A DNA stretch of 63,997 nt, filler included, from an uncultured Myxococcia bacterium (GCA_964617105.1; 13 parts of 13 records of this genome joined end to end with filler, not necessarily neighbours in it), one strand, 5' to 3'. Positions 30,316 to 41,745 are shown, numbered from the whole stretch's first letter. The notes: generated by a model from the sequence alone, not told the origin. Made by a program: numbers and translations.

Positions 30316-31783
30316 CCTTCAACCGTAGTTGCCTCACCAGCGCTTTACCACCCAGGTTACTGCCTTTAAGGGCCATCTCTTCTAGCCATGTCTCCCTCTC
30401 CTCCAGGTAATTGAAGGCATTTTCAACTCTTTTATCTCCTTCAGACCAATTTAAACTCCATAATTGACTTTCGGAAACTGCAAATATATTAAGGGGGTTA
30501 TCTCCACATTTTAAAATAGCGGCGATCACTTCCCGGCCTTCAATGATTTTGTTTTCAGCCATTAAGGTCTTGGCCAGCCATAAGCGCGCCCAATTAATAG
30601 CGTCTGCTGGCGAATGGATATGGTTCCACAGGTAGAAGGCAATAGATTCCTGGTTTTTCCAGGGAGACAGTTGATTTTTATCCTGTCCTAGAAATTGTTC
30701 CAGAAGTTTTCGAGCCGCTTTAAGATCTCCAAGCCGGTAGGCGATTATGCCCCGCATCAAAAGGGCAAAATGTTGGTCGTCATTGGCCAGCGTAGCCTGG
30801 GCGCTCATGAGCAAGGCTTTTTCAACCGCTGCCAGGGTAAAGGGATCGTAATAGGTGATCTGGAAATCATCCGCAACTTCTTTTCGGATGGGAGTTTTGA
30901 AATCAAAGGAGTATATTTTCGCCATAAGGGTTGCGCTGAAGTCACCAGTTTTAGTGACTGCTTCAGGAGGATGGTACAGGGAGAGGAAGAAATCTAATCG
31001 AGCCTGGTTTTGCCGGCAGATCTCCTGGCCGCAGGTTTCAGTTTTCACTTCACCCGGTTTGGCCGGAGGAAGATATTTTTTGGCAGAATCAATATTAAGC
31101 CGATAAATTTTAATTAAAAAGAGGGCGTATTGTTTAGTTGCTTCATCTTTTCCCTTAAAAATATTTTTCCACAGGGCGCCCGCTTTTTTCACCTGGTTCA
31201 ATTTGGTTAAGAGCAAGGCTTTTAAAGGTTGCCAAATATAATAATCACTGGCTTTGGGCTGGTTAGACATTTTATTTAATATGGCATGAGCCTCTTTAAA
31301 ATCACCTTGAAGAGTTTTAACCAGGCTCAAATAGCGAAGAGCGGAAGATGAACTATGGCTGGATGGACTCTGGTTTTGAGCCAGAGAACTTCGCATTGAA
31401 TAATATTTTTCTTGTATTTCCAAAGTAAAATCAAGGGAAAACTGAGCCACCTCAGCCATCTCCAGATAGACCCGGGCCAATCCCAACCGACTTGAAAGCA
31501 GATCTTTCTGCTGGTAAAATTGATGGGCAGCTGCTTTTAAATTGCCGTGATAGAACTCTATCCAGCCCCGGTTTGATTTTATCAATTGCTTAAAGGGGCG
31601 GGGATTTTCCAGCAATGAGGGGATCCAGCCCTGTTTCTCAATTTCGGTGTTTAAAAATAGGTTACCTTTAGAAATAACTTTCCCAGGGTTTTTTTTTGAT
31701 GTTTCCAGGCTATCTTTTGAGCATTGATGGCAACCAGGGAGAATAAAAAGTAATAATAGGAGTAGTAATATCCTCTTTGACAT
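30316..31783 (-). CDS. TPR-like lipoprotein (3' partial)
   Basis: Lipobox LPGC; TPR-like helices LGLARVY and RGIIAYRLGD. Confidence 0.7.
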
Positions 31784-31785
31784 TC

Positions 31786-33513
31786 CTAAAGTCCCCCCTG
31801 CTTTAACAGTTTTTCAATTTCACCAATCTTGTTTTGGGCACGTTTGGTCTCTCCCGGTTCATCTCTGGATATATGGGTAATATATTTTTTCCAGGTTCTA
31901 ATCGCCTGATCCAGATCGCGGGGGTTTTTTTCCTGATAATAATTGTGTTCATAACACCCTGCCCACACCGAGTACATATCCTTGATATTTTTATATTGTC
32001 TTTTTCGGGGAAATTTGCGTTTATAGCGCTCAACTTGGACAAAAGTGGCAATAGCTTTATTGTATTTTCCTATTTTGGCATAATTAACCGCCAGGTTAAG
32101 GAGAACGTCTGGTTGGTAATTATAAGCCTGCTCTTTCAGCAAATCTTCATAGAGTTTCACTACTCGGTGATAGTTTTTATTTCTAAGGTAATGTCGGGCC
32201 AGTAAACTATAGGCTGGCAAACGATTTTTGTGACCTAAGGGATAATTTTTCCTGATAAAATTGATATCCTGGCTAGATAAATTTTGTTGGTTATCGATTT
32301 TATCCCTGATTACATCAATAGATAAAGTGTCCTCATCTGTTGGCACAGTAAGTTTATCCACTTTGGTCGGCCTTGTTGGTCTTGTTGGTAAAGTATAGCG
32401 AAAGACCATCATCCTTTTGTTCCCGGTTTTTACATCCAGGGTCATCTTTTTAGCCTGATATTTTTTCTTATCTTTTGGTAAAGCCGGTTCAATATAAAGG
32501 GTGTGATCACCAGTCAGGACTGATTTGATTAAAACGCCCCTTTTCTCTTCGCTGATTCCTTTGAACTTTCCGTCTAGCATCACCCGTCCCGCCACCGGTG
32601 AAACATAGACACGAACATCCCGCAGCATTTTTGCCGGAAGCGAGGCAAGGGATTTTTCTTCTTTGGGTTTATCGGTTTTCTGTACATCTTCGTCTAAATC
32701 GATCACTATTAGTTTCATTTTTGAAAAGTCGACCGGTTCTGGTGAAGATGCCTCCTCCTGAACGGAATCAGATTTTCTTTTCTGGCCAGTCACTGGCGTG
32801 GTTTTTTTGGGGAGGATAATCTGCTCTTCATCCTCTTCCTTTATAATATCACCGCCTTTAAAAAGGGGTTGCCAGTGATATACCTCCCGGTAGTTGGAAA
32901 TTTCAAAAGTCTTGGCCATAATCGGCCGAGCAACATTTTTTTCACGGCTGTCTATAGTGACAATGATTTTTTCTCCGGGATCGGCAAGGAAAAGGAATTG
33001 TCCAACTCCCCTGTTGTTTAAGTTGCCCAATAGCGAATCGTTAAGTATAACCGGGACATCGGCCAGGTTTGATTTTATCATCAATAGGTAGGAGGTGCTT
33101 TTTTTCTGGGTTTGTAATCGCAACACTATTGGTAGACCCAATTTTTCATTATCATAATCGCCAGGTTTCTCTTTTAAGGTCTCACAAATTTTCTGGGGAG
33201 ATAAACTGCTGTACCCAGGGGGAAGTTCAGCCTCTATACAGACCCTAGATCCTGGCATCCTGGTAACCCGGGTAGCAAAATAGCCTTCTTGGTTGGTAGT
33301 TCCCGTCATCTCACCATCGATTTTTACCAGGGCGCCTTTTATTTTGCCCTCATATTTATCTTCTACTGTAACTATCACCGGAAAATCGTTAGTGCCAGGA
33401 GCAAAGTTACATCCTGAAAGCAAAAGAAAAAAGAGAAATAGAATAAGAATAAGTATACAGCTGGCAGTTTTTGTGCATACTGATTTTGAAATAATAATTT
33501 TTTCAAATTTCAT
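31786..33513 (-). CDS. Lipoprotein with PEGA/Ig-like beta domains and C-terminal TPRs
   Basis: Lipobox LSGC; GALVKIDG..GTTN; VMLDGKFKG; LLNLAVNYAKIGKY. Confidence 0.7.
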   Translation of the reverse strand: MKFEKIIISKSVCTKTASCILILILFLFFLLLSGCNFAPGTNDFPVIVTVEDKYEGKIKGALVKIDGEMTGTTNQEGYFATRVTRMPGSRVCIEAELPPGYSSLSPQKICETLKEKPGDYDNEKLGLPIVLRLQTQKKSTSYLLMIKSNLADVPVILNDSLLGNLNNRGVGQFLFLADPGEKIIVTIDSREKNVARPIMAKTFEISNYREVYHWQPLFKGGDIIKEEDEEQIILPKKTTPVTGQKRKSDSVQEEASSPEPVDFSKMKLIVIDLDEDVQKTDKPKEEKSLASLPAKMLRDVRVYVSPVAGRVMLDGKFKGISEEKRGVLIKSVLTGDHTLYIEPALPKDKKKYQAKKMTLDVKTGNKRMMVFRYTLPTRPTRPTKVDKLTVPTDEDTLSIDVIRDKIDNQQNLSSQDINFIRKNYPLGHKNRLPAYSLLARHYLRNKNYHRVVKLYEDLLKEQAYNYQPDVLLNLAVNYAKIGKYNKAIATFVQVERYKRKFPRKRQYKNIKDMYSVWAGCYEHNYYQEKNPRDLDQAIRTWKKYITHISRDEPGETKRAQNKIGEIEKLLKQGGL

Positions 33514-33517
33514 AGCG

Positions 33518-33991
33518 TTATTGTCCTTCCCTGATACGTCCTACGCCACCTTCCATCTCCCCCTTTTCCTTTTCCAGATTGGTTATATCCACATCATCAC
33601 TTATTTCCAGACTTTTTCTTTGAATTACCACTTGTCCAAGATTGAAATCAATTCCTTTGAACTGAATCACCCGGCTTTTGGGTTCAAATCCAACCGCCTG
33701 GAATCTGAGCAGGTAACTACCTTGAGCGATAGGTATTTTATTGCCCATCTCATCTCTGGCAAACTCAATGACAAATTTGCCGTTGCCATCAGAAATCGTC
33801 TTAGAAGTGGGTGGCTGGGAACTGATTTTTATTCCCCTTACAGGGTTACCGGAATTATCAACTACAATTCCCCTGATATTGCCTTCCCCATTTTTCCCCT
33901 GGCTGCTTTTCCACCAGGAACACCCGGGCAAGGCCATAATAAAAAATAAAAAAAGGATTAAATTGCAGTAAATTTTTATATGGTTTTTCAT
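33518..33991 (-). CDS. Lipoprotein with carboxypeptidase-regulatory-like domain
   Basis: Lipobox LPGC; IRGIVVDNSGNPV..SDGNGKF..GSY. Confidence 0.75.
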   Translation of the reverse strand: MKNHIKIYCNLILFLFFIMALPGCSWWKSSQGKNGEGNIRGIVVDNSGNPVRGIKISSQPPTSKTISDGNGKFVIEFARDEMGNKIPIAQGSYLLRFQAVGFEPKSRVIQFKGIDFNLGQVVIQRKSLEISDDVDITNLEKEKGEMEGGVGRIREGQ

Positions 33992-34024
33992 TCATATTCT
34001 CCTAAATTTCTTTTTGCGTGAGCC

Positions 34025-35165
34025 CTATGGTGTTGGAAGTTCCAGTTTCTTTAAAATAAATTTTATAGTGGGATCAGGTGCATCTATTTCCTTTATTTTC
34101 AGGTAAAATTTCTTGGCTTTTTCCCTGTCTCCTGACAGGTAGTTGTTAATAGCCAGGAACAGGTAATATTTTTTTATCTTCATAATATAGGTTTTGCTAT
34201 TGATCTTTTCAATTATTTGCAGGATTTCCCGGTCAGTTTTATCCATTAAATAAATTTGATTATATTTATACTGGGCAGAAAGGAGTAAGTCGGTAGAATT
34301 GTTTTGTTGGGCTTGTCGGTATTTTTCGGCAGCCTCTTTTTGCCAGGAGAGTTTTTTTTGAAACTCCTCTTCGGTTAAGTTTCCCTGTTGAGATTCTATC
34401 AAGTTGGCTTGTTGATTATATTCAGCCTGGTTATAGAGAAAAAGGCTCACTCCAATCGTGATTAGGGAAATAATAAATATCAGAGTTAATACCATAGCCA
34501 TTTTTTTTCGGCCCTGGTTCTCTATATTACCGGCATTGCTGGCCTTCAACTCTTTTTGAGATATGCGGGGATCGGTGTCGTCAAGATTTAAAGTTCTTCT
34601 TAAAGCAAGCAACTCTTTGTATAAATCACCGATTTTTTGATAACGCTTTTGGGGATCGTCATCCAAGGTTTTGGTCAAAATAGTTTTCAGTTTATTAGGA
34701 ATTTTGTTGGATTCGATTTGTACCGGTTCATCACTGGTGAGCATGTGGTACATGGTGGCGCCAATGGAATAGATATCGGAGCGGGCATCGGCAAATTTTG
34801 CCCCTTTCTTCTGTTCAGGAGACATATATGATGGAGTCCCCATTACAATAGCAGTGCGGGTAAGATCTTCCTTTTCAGGTTGGGCAAAGTGGGCTACCCC
34901 AAAATCGGACAATTTAACATGACCAAAATGGTTTATCAGAATGTTCTGCGGTTTAATATCACGGTGGTAGATATTGTTTTCATGCGCCACAGACAGGGCT
35001 CGAATAATCTGCAGAGAAATATCTATGGTGCGCTCAATACCCAGTGCGCCCCTGGTATCGATCATTTTTCCCAGGTCGCCGCCATCCATATATTCCATTA
35101 CAATGCAATACCCCTTGGTGGTTTCAATGGTATCGTAAACCTGGACAATGTTTATATGGTTCAAT
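34025..35165 (-). CDS. Membrane Ser/Thr protein kinase (5' partial)
   Basis: HRDIKPQN, DFG, GTPSYMSPEQ, DIYSIG; one TM helix. Confidence 0.95.
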
Positions 35166-35410
35166 NNNNNNNNNNNNNNNNNNNNNNNNNNNNNNNNNNN
35201 NNNNNNNNNTTAATTAATTAANNNNNNNNNNNNNNNNNNNNNNNNNNNNNNNNNNNNNNNNNNNNGTTTCAATTTTTGCGTTATTATTTGAATCATATCC
35301 TTCCAAAAAAAACTATAATCATCCTTTTTACCGATGAAAATTTTGTCTTAAAAGGGTATAATATTATTAGAAGTTGAGAATAGTTTAACTCTTTTCAAAA
35401 GGAGAGAGCC

Positions 35411-35668
35411 ATGTTGGAAAAAATAAGAAAAATTATCAGAAGAGAAGATGGACAGGGTATTACCGAATATATTATTATTGTCGCTCTTATTTTTATCGCG
35501 TCTATCGGGATTATGACCTTATACGGTAATAACTTGAGGCGGATTTGGGGCGTAGCGGTAAATGCCCTCACCGGTGATACCAATGTCGTCAACAAATCGA
35601 TAACCACAAAGCCAGCCATGATTAAAAAAGATTTAAAGAATTTTGGTCAAAAAAATGCCGCACCTTAA
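35411..35668 (+). CDS. Flp family type IVb pilin
   Basis: REDG-QGITEYIIIVALI prepilin motif. Confidence 0.85.
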   Translation: MLEKIRKIIRREDGQGITEYIIIVALIFIASIGIMTLYGNNLRRIWGVAVNALTGDTNVVNKSITTKPAMIKKDLKNFGQKNAAP

Positions 35669-35676
35669 ACTGCGCC

Positions 35677-36141
35677 TTAATAGGAGCGATTTTTAAATTC
35701 CCGCTCCATAATTCTCTTTTCATCCCGCTGTTTTATCTCCTGCCGTTTGTCCACTAACTTTTTACCTTTTGCCAAACCCAACTCTAATTTTACCAGGCTT
35801 CCTTTAAAATAGAGGCGGAGTGGAATCAGCGAGAAGCCTCTCTCGTTTATCTTTCCAGCCATCCGCAAAATTTCCCGTTTGTGCATGAGTAATTTTCTCT
35901 TTCTTTCGGGCGGATGGTTTTGAAGGTTGGCGTGAGAATAGGCAGCAATATGTAAGTTTTTAAGGAACATTTGGCCATCAGTTATTTCTACATAAGCGTC
36001 TTTAAAGGAAACTGCCGATGCCCGTATCGATTTCACCTCAGAACCCACAAGGGAGATGCCGGCTTCATATTTATCGCTAATGGTATAATTCCGGCGGGCT
36101 TTTTTGTTTAGGGCAATGGTTTTTACAATTTTTTTTGTCAT
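35677..36141 (-). CDS. smpB: SsrA-binding protein
   Basis: NKKARRNY, EAGISLVGSEVKS, RKLLMHKREI, GKKLVDKR. Confidence 0.97.
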   Translation of the reverse strand: MTKKIVKTIALNKKARRNYTISDKYEAGISLVGSEVKSIRASAVSFKDAYVEITDGQMFLKNLHIAAYSHANLQNHPPERKRKLLMHKREILRMAGKINERGFSLIPLRLYFKGSLVKLELGLAKGKKLVDKRQEIKQRDEKRIMEREFKNRSY

Positions 36142-36159
36142 AACTTAAACTTTTTTGGT

Positions 36160-37053
36160 CTATTTGACCTCTCTGGGATGGCAAAATAGTTTTAGAGATT
36201 CAGCATGGGGACTTATCTCTATAGTTTCGCCAAATTCAACCTGGTGGCGCGCATGAATACCATCGGCATAAAGTTCGGCCTTCATGGTTTTGGATATCAA
36301 TTTCAGTTTTTGTTGATAATTAATTATGCCACCGCATAGTTGATAGCAGGGTTTACCATGTTGATATGGTTCCCTGACCAGGTATTGTATTCTTTTGGAT
36401 AATAATGGCATAAGTTTTCCGCCGGCTGAACGGATACCTCCTGTGGAGCCGGCAGCAGTGGAAATCCATATTCCAGAACTTTTTTGTTCTTCGATAGTAT
36501 CATCTATGCTGATGAAATACCGAGTTGATGCCGCCGGGGATATATTGGTGAATAAAAGGTCATTTAGCACGGGATTGGGTTGTTTTTGTCCGCCAATAGA
36601 GTATTGCAGGCGGGGTAGTTTGACAGGTTTATTTTTACCATCCATAATGTGCTCTAGTATACTTTCTAACTGATTGGCCTGGCATACAGAAAAAAAACCT
36701 GCACTGTCGGCAGGAGAAGAGTTTACCAACAGCACTGGAGTATCTTTTTTTAAGTGAGGTGCAACCTTAAGTAAGGTGCCATCTCCTCCGACTAAAACCA
36801 CCAGGTGGTAATCATTGATATTTATTCCGGTAAACCGGTAACGTTCATCTACATCGAAACCAAAGGATTTTAGTACTCTTTTAACTATTTCCAGAGAATT
36901 TTTATGGCATTGGTGGGAACTAATCACCCTTTTTACGATGACATGGTTTTGTTCCAGGAGTCTGGATATTTTTTTGTTTTTACCTTCCATAACCTTAAGG
37001 CGATAGAGGCTTTTTTTAAAAATGAGCAAAATTTTTTTTATTTTCATGGTCAT
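36160..37053 (-). CDS. nadK: NAD(+) kinase
   Basis: GGDGTLL, LND, SSGIWISTAAGSTG..SAGG. Confidence 0.88.
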   Translation of the reverse strand: MTMKIKKILLIFKKSLYRLKVMEGKNKKISRLLEQNHVIVKRVISSHQCHKNSLEIVKRVLKSFGFDVDERYRFTGININDYHLVVLVGGDGTLLKVAPHLKKDTPVLLVNSSPADSAGFFSVCQANQLESILEHIMDGKNKPVKLPRLQYSIGGQKQPNPVLNDLLFTNISPAASTRYFISIDDTIEEQKSSGIWISTAAGSTGGIRSAGGKLMPLLSKRIQYLVREPYQHGKPCYQLCGGIINYQQKLKLISKTMKAELYADGIHARHQVEFGETIEISPHAESLKLFCHPREVK

Positions 37054-37112
37054 AATATATTTAACACCTTGGCATATTGTCAAGCACTTTACACTCTGTT
37101 ATAATCATAAAC

Positions 37113-37481
37113 ATGCAAAAGAAAAAATTATTAATAGTAGATGATGATCAGAATATCCTCAGTGCAGTAAAATCGCACTTTCTTGAGCAGGGTTACCTGG
37201 TAGAGGTGACCAATAATGCCATGGGTATCTCTTACTTGATGCAAAACTATAAGCCGGATTTGATTATCTTGGATATAATAATGCCGGGCAGTTTTTCTGG
37301 CTCTGCTATTGCTAAGACAATTCGTCAACACCAAAAAGATGTGAAAATAGTTTTTTTCTCCGAGCCAGTGGGGGGTGACCTGGAAAAGATTTCCCGAATA
37401 TCGGGTTCCGATGATTTCGTATATAAAAAACACGGCATTTCCAAATTGGCAGAAACGGTAAATAGCCTATTAGAGAGTTGA
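37113..37481 (+). CDS. Single-domain response regulator
   Basis: LLIVDDD, PDLIILDIIMP, FFS, YK. Confidence 0.85.
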   Translation: MQKKKLLIVDDDQNILSAVKSHFLEQGYLVEVTNNAMGISYLMQNYKPDLIILDIIMPGSFSGSAIAKTIRQHQKDVKIVFFSEPVGGDLEKISRISGSDDFVYKKHGISKLAETVNSLLES

Positions 37482-37524
37482 TTTTCGTGACCACACGACA
37501 AGTTCTGAAACAATCTGCCTACTG

Positions 37525-38340
37525 TTAGTTATCCCTCCTTTCTTCTTCTTTTCGCATAAAAAATTTATTTCTCAAGTCGATTAGTTTGTAAAAGAAAGTT
37601 TTTTCGTTACCCATCACCCCATATAATTTGGCAAAATTTTCTATAAAACCTATATCTTTAAGTCGCACAAAAGGATTTACCAGGTTCTCTTCCTGCAGGG
37701 TAGAACGGATATTTTCAGTTTCATCCTCCATACATCTTTGTACCTCCACTTTCTTCGCCTGTATGTGCCGGTTTTGCGGCTCTATTGAAGTGGCAAAATT
37801 AAAACAGTCCAAAGATTTTTCAGCAGAAGGATAGATTATGGTTTCCTCGGGAAGGTTATAAATGGTGCTTATCAGGCTAAAATACATCTCATCCAACAAA
37901 TCGGGACTTTGGCTCTTGCCGCAACCCCCAATATAGAGAGTATCACCGCTAAACAGGTAGGGGCCGATTTTAATGCATACACTACCGAGCGTCACTCCAG
38001 GAGTGTGTAAGATAACAATGGGGATTTGACCGAAATCGAGGGTTTCACCGCCAAACGCCGGATGTCTGACTTCTGGTATTTTAGTCGAGTCAAGTTGATG
38101 AGCCACCACTTTTGCCCGGGTGCGCATGGATATCTCTCGGTTGCCCTGGGTGCGTTTAACTAAGTAGCTGGTGTTAATGATATACTTTAGCTTAAACTGG
38201 TGATGTTTGAGCCTAATCATTATAGCGGTAGGATGGATGGGATCAATTACCGCCGCTTCTTTGCTTTCTTTGTTGCCTACCAGGTAACTGTAGTTTTTTC
38301 CATCCAGGTTATACTGTTCAATGAGCAAACTATTAACCAT
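37525..38340 (-). CDS. GloB-like metallo-beta-lactamase fold protein with degenerate metal ligands
   Basis: NYSYLV, AAVIDP, HTPG, FSGDTL..GGCG, STLQEE..VNPF retained; HxHxDH absent. Confidence 0.8.
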   Translation of the reverse strand: MVNSLLIEQYNLDGKNYSYLVGNKESKEAAVIDPIHPTAIMIRLKHHQFKLKYIINTSYLVKRTQGNREISMRTRAKVVAHQLDSTKIPEVRHPAFGGETLDFGQIPIVILHTPGVTLGSVCIKIGPYLFSGDTLYIGGCGKSQSPDLLDEMYFSLISTIYNLPEETIIYPSAEKSLDCFNFATSIEPQNRHIQAKKVEVQRCMEDETENIRSTLQEENLVNPFVRLKDIGFIENFAKLYGVMGNEKTFFYKLIDLRNKFFMRKEEERRDN

Positions 38341-38348
38341 TTTATTTC

Positions 38349-38744
38349 CTATTTCCTCAGGGTAGAGGCATTAAAAGCCCTTGGCAGTAAATCTTTTAAA
38401 CTAATTTTGCTTACTTCTCCCTGATCATTGGCCATGATCACTTTAAGGGAGGGGCTGAACTCATAAAGAACTTGTCGGCATGCACCGCAGGGAGGTGCTG
38501 GTGGAGAGGAAGAAGAAACAACTATCAGGGTATGGAAATCGTATTCGCCTTCTGTCACTGCCGCAGATATGGCCGCTCTTTCTGCACAAATAGTCAGGCC
38601 GTAGGAACTATTTTCCAGGTTTACACCTTTGAACATTTTTCCGTTTTGGGTAACCACAATTGCTCCTACCTGAAAATTCGAATAGGGGGCATAGGCGTTT
38701 TTACTGATTTCAAGCGCGGCTTTAATCAATTTATCCTGATCCAT
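38349..38744 (-). CDS. cdd: Cytidine deaminase (homotetrameric type)
   Basis: AYAPYSNFQVGA, CAERAA, PCGACRQ. Confidence 0.96.
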   Translation of the reverse strand: MDQDKLIKAALEISKNAYAPYSNFQVGAIVVTQNGKMFKGVNLENSSYGLTICAERAAISAAVTEGEYDFHTLIVVSSSSPPAPPCGACRQVLYEFSPSLKVIMANDQGEVSKISLKDLLPRAFNASTLRK

Positions 38745-38762
38745 GTTTGCATATTCCTTTCT

Positions 38763-39680
38763 TCATCTTTTTCCACGAGTGAACTCTTGTTGGTCAATTT
38801 GGTCAATAAAGTCAGATATTTTTTTCAAAGTTTCCTTCTGGTTTTCCTGGATGGGGAAGTGGGTACTATGATTGACTTCAGTATAATGGATATAAGGATT
38901 TTTTTTCACTAGTTTTTTAATTGTTGGTCGTAATGATTTGGGCATGGCCCGGGAATTTTCCCCCCGGATCAGCAGAGTTGGCACCTTTAATTGTTCCATT
39001 ATGTTCAGGTTGTCCGGGTATGGTAGGCCAAATATGGTCGATTCCAGTAAAGGATGGCAGGCAAGGCGGTAACCTTCACCGTGCGCCCGTTTTATAGTGC
39101 CGTGTTCAATATAGTCCTGAAGATATGTTTTTTCCCAGAGGGCAAAGAGTTTTTTAGTGCGGTATGAGGAAAAAATTTCTTTCTGATTATTCCAATAATA
39201 ACGTCTGCGCCGGGCGCCGGCAGGTAAAGGGAAATAGGGCAATATTTTGAGGAACCTGGCCAAAGATACCCAAAAGCGCCATTTAGATGGCAGGGTAGGG
39301 GGGTCGATTATTATCAGGGCATAGTATTTTTCTGGATATTGCCAGGCATGTAACAGGCTCATAATCGCCCCCAGGGAATGTCCGCAGGAGATAGCCTGTT
39401 TGATTTGCAGATGTTGAAAAAAACAGTGGAGATCCTCTAAAAAGTCCATGGGGCTATTTAGTTGAATACAGGGCTCGCTTTTTCCGTGCCCTCTGAAATC
39501 AAGACCATATATTTGGTGACGAGAAGATAATTTGTGGTAAAATGATTGGTACATTCCGGCATTGAAACCCGTGCCGTGGAAATATAAAATCGGCGGGCCA
39601 GAGGCTTTATTCGCCTGGAAAAATTCCAGGTAATGCAAGTTAAATTTTTGGCAGGAAAAATATTTACTTTCATATTTCAT
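38763..39680 (-). CDS. Alpha/beta hydrolase
   Basis: HGTG, DFRGHG, GHSLG nucleophile elbow, C-terminal His. Confidence 0.9.
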   Translation of the reverse strand: MKYESKYFSCQKFNLHYLEFFQANKASGPPILYFHGTGFNAGMYQSFYHKLSSRHQIYGLDFRGHGKSEPCIQLNSPMDFLEDLHCFFQHLQIKQAISCGHSLGAIMSLLHAWQYPEKYYALIIIDPPTLPSKWRFWVSLARFLKILPYFPLPAGARRRRYYWNNQKEIFSSYRTKKLFALWEKTYLQDYIEHGTIKRAHGEGYRLACHPLLESTIFGLPYPDNLNIMEQLKVPTLLIRGENSRAMPKSLRPTIKKLVKKNPYIHYTEVNHSTHFPIQENQKETLKKISDFIDQIDQQEFTRGKR

Positions 39681-39702
39681 AAAATCATTTTATATTTTTA
39701 CT

Positions 39703-40112
39703 ATGAACCAGTCAATTCGTAATATAAAAATTGCACCAGCAGCAAAAAAATCTCGTATTCATCTAGAGTTAGCCAGGTTAACCAGTGGGTCAGGTCAAGG
39801 AACATCAAAAATTAACATCAACCTGCTGAAACATCAACCCCCGGATGATTTTTTACCTATGCGTATTCCGGAAACTTTGGAAGTTGATCTGAACAATATG
39901 GATGCCAATTTATGCCACCAGGTGACCCTGGAGGGAAAAGGGATGCTGAAACCTGGTGAGAAACAAATTCCTCTGGGGAACAATCACCAGGTTCAGGAAG
40001 CAGATGGTCAAAATAGTCAAGAGAACAAAAGGTGCTGCCAGATAGAGGTGGAAAAGGGAACCGGTTTCCAGTTTCAGTTGCAGTTGGACAAAATTGGCAA
40101 TGATAAACTTGT
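39703..40112 (+). CDS. Hypothetical protein (3' partial)
   Basis: Open ORF to the contig end; no recognised motif. Confidence 0.45.
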
Positions 40113-40212
40113 NNNNNNNNNNNNNNNNNNNNNNNNNNNNNNNNNNNNNNNNNNNNTTAATTAATTAANNNNNNNNNNNNNNNNNNNNNNNNNNNNNNNN
40201 NNNNNNNNNNNN

Positions 40213-40810
40213 AAACCGTGGCCCCTTTTCGGTTGGTAAGTATTTCCAGGGAGCCTTGATATTCAGTTGCCCGCTCTCCTTCCACCAGGTATTTTACATA
40301 GGGAGAGATCAGTTCAATCAAATCTTCCTCCCGGCCACGCCAGGAAACCGATACCCGATTTTGCACCATGGTTTTTTGCATATCCATCAATATCAAATTG
40401 AGCACCAGGGCGTCTCCCATTTTACCTAAAGTGCCGGCTGCCAGCATATCAGCCCCCAATGCACCGCCAACTTCGGCCAGGCAAGAAATATCATCGGCAC
40501 AGCCTAAAAGTTGTTTGCTCTCTTCAAAACCAAGAAGGACCTTGATTTCTTCTCCGGAGATAACCTGAAAATGCTGGTATTGCCCTAATCTGGAAGTTAA
40601 AAGTTGAGAGAGATTCTTGGCCAAAGAGGAAGATACGCCATGAGGAATAATCTCCAAAACGGCTATCTTGGTTTTTGGGTTATCCTGCCCTCCTCCTATG
40701 CTCTTTATCCCTTCAACTTTCTGGTCTGCCAAAGAGTTGCTATGAGCAATTAAAATGAGTAGTTGCATGATGAATAAATTAATTATGGTTATTTTTATTT
40801 TTTTAAACAA
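40213..40810 (-). CDS. Secreted protein with CsgG/DUF2380-like domain followed by a probable PEGA domain (3' partial)
   Basis: Signal peptide; LLGCADDISCLAEVGGALGAD; GSLEILTNRKGATV. Confidence 0.7.
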
Positions 40811-40813
40811 AAG

Positions 40814-41605
40814 TTATCCTCCATATCTCTCCCTGGCAATAAGGGCTGCCCCCAGGGCGCCTACGATATCCGGCTCTGGAGGTAGAAAAATATTAACTTC
40901 CAGCAAATTGCCGATGGCCTCCACCACGCCACGGTTTTTAGCCACCCCGCCCGACATGGACAGAGGCAAACCCTTTATAACCGGCGAAACCCTTTTTACC
41001 AGCGATACGGTGCGAGAAGCTATGGCCCGGTTGAGCCCCCATACTATCTCCCGCTCCTCCATCCCTTCTGCAATAAGCGATACCACCTCGCTTTCGGCAA
41101 ATACAGTGCACATACTGCTGATATTCACCCCGCCGTTAGCACCTTTGGCCATGGTGGACATTTGATCTATATCTACTTGCAAGGCTCGGGCCATGGCCTC
41201 TAAAAACCTGCCGGTGCCAGCCGCACATTTGTCATTCATGGCAAAATCTTCCACCTTGCCCTGGTTTAGTCTGATAACTTTGCTGTCCTGCCCGCCAATG
41301 TCAATCAAAAGCCTGGTTTGGGGAAACAAAACACCTATTCCCCTGGCATGGCAAGTGATCTCAGTGACCGCTGCCTGGCGTCCATCCACTCTTTCCCGTC
41401 CATAACCGGTTGAAACCATGGAACAAATATCATCTTCCTGAATTTCCGCCTGTTGCAAAGCCTCCTTTTGTGCCCGCTGAATAGCCTCCATATTCCGGGC
41501 GCCGGTGGGGACCACTGTAGAGGAAACTATCTGCCCCTGACTATCGATGATAACCGCATCGCAACTCAAACTGCCAATATCCAAACCCAGGTAAAACATT
41601 ACCAT
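40814..41605 (-). CDS. 2-hydroxyacyl-CoA dehydratase activase (HgdC/BcrAD-type ATPase)
   Basis: GLDIGS, STGYGR, EITCHARG, DIGGQD, MNDKCAAGTG, CTVFAESE. Confidence 0.93.
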   Translation of the reverse strand: MVMFYLGLDIGSLSCDAVIIDSQGQIVSSTVVPTGARNMEAIQRAQKEALQQAEIQEDDICSMVSTGYGRERVDGRQAAVTEITCHARGIGVLFPQTRLLIDIGGQDSKVIRLNQGKVEDFAMNDKCAAGTGRFLEAMARALQVDIDQMSTMAKGANGGVNISSMCTVFAESEVVSLIAEGMEEREIVWGLNRAIASRTVSLVKRVSPVIKGLPLSMSGGVAKNRGVVEAIGNLLEVNIFLPPEPDIVGALGAALIARERYGG

Positions 41606-41745
41606 TCTCCTTTTGGTAAAATCAATTAACCTTATTTGGGCGAATTAATTTTTGGGCGAACCCTTAGAATATTTATGGTATAGTTTTTATTCAAGTTTTT
41701 TTTAAAAATATTTTAATCTTCTAAATTGATTATGGTATCAAACCT

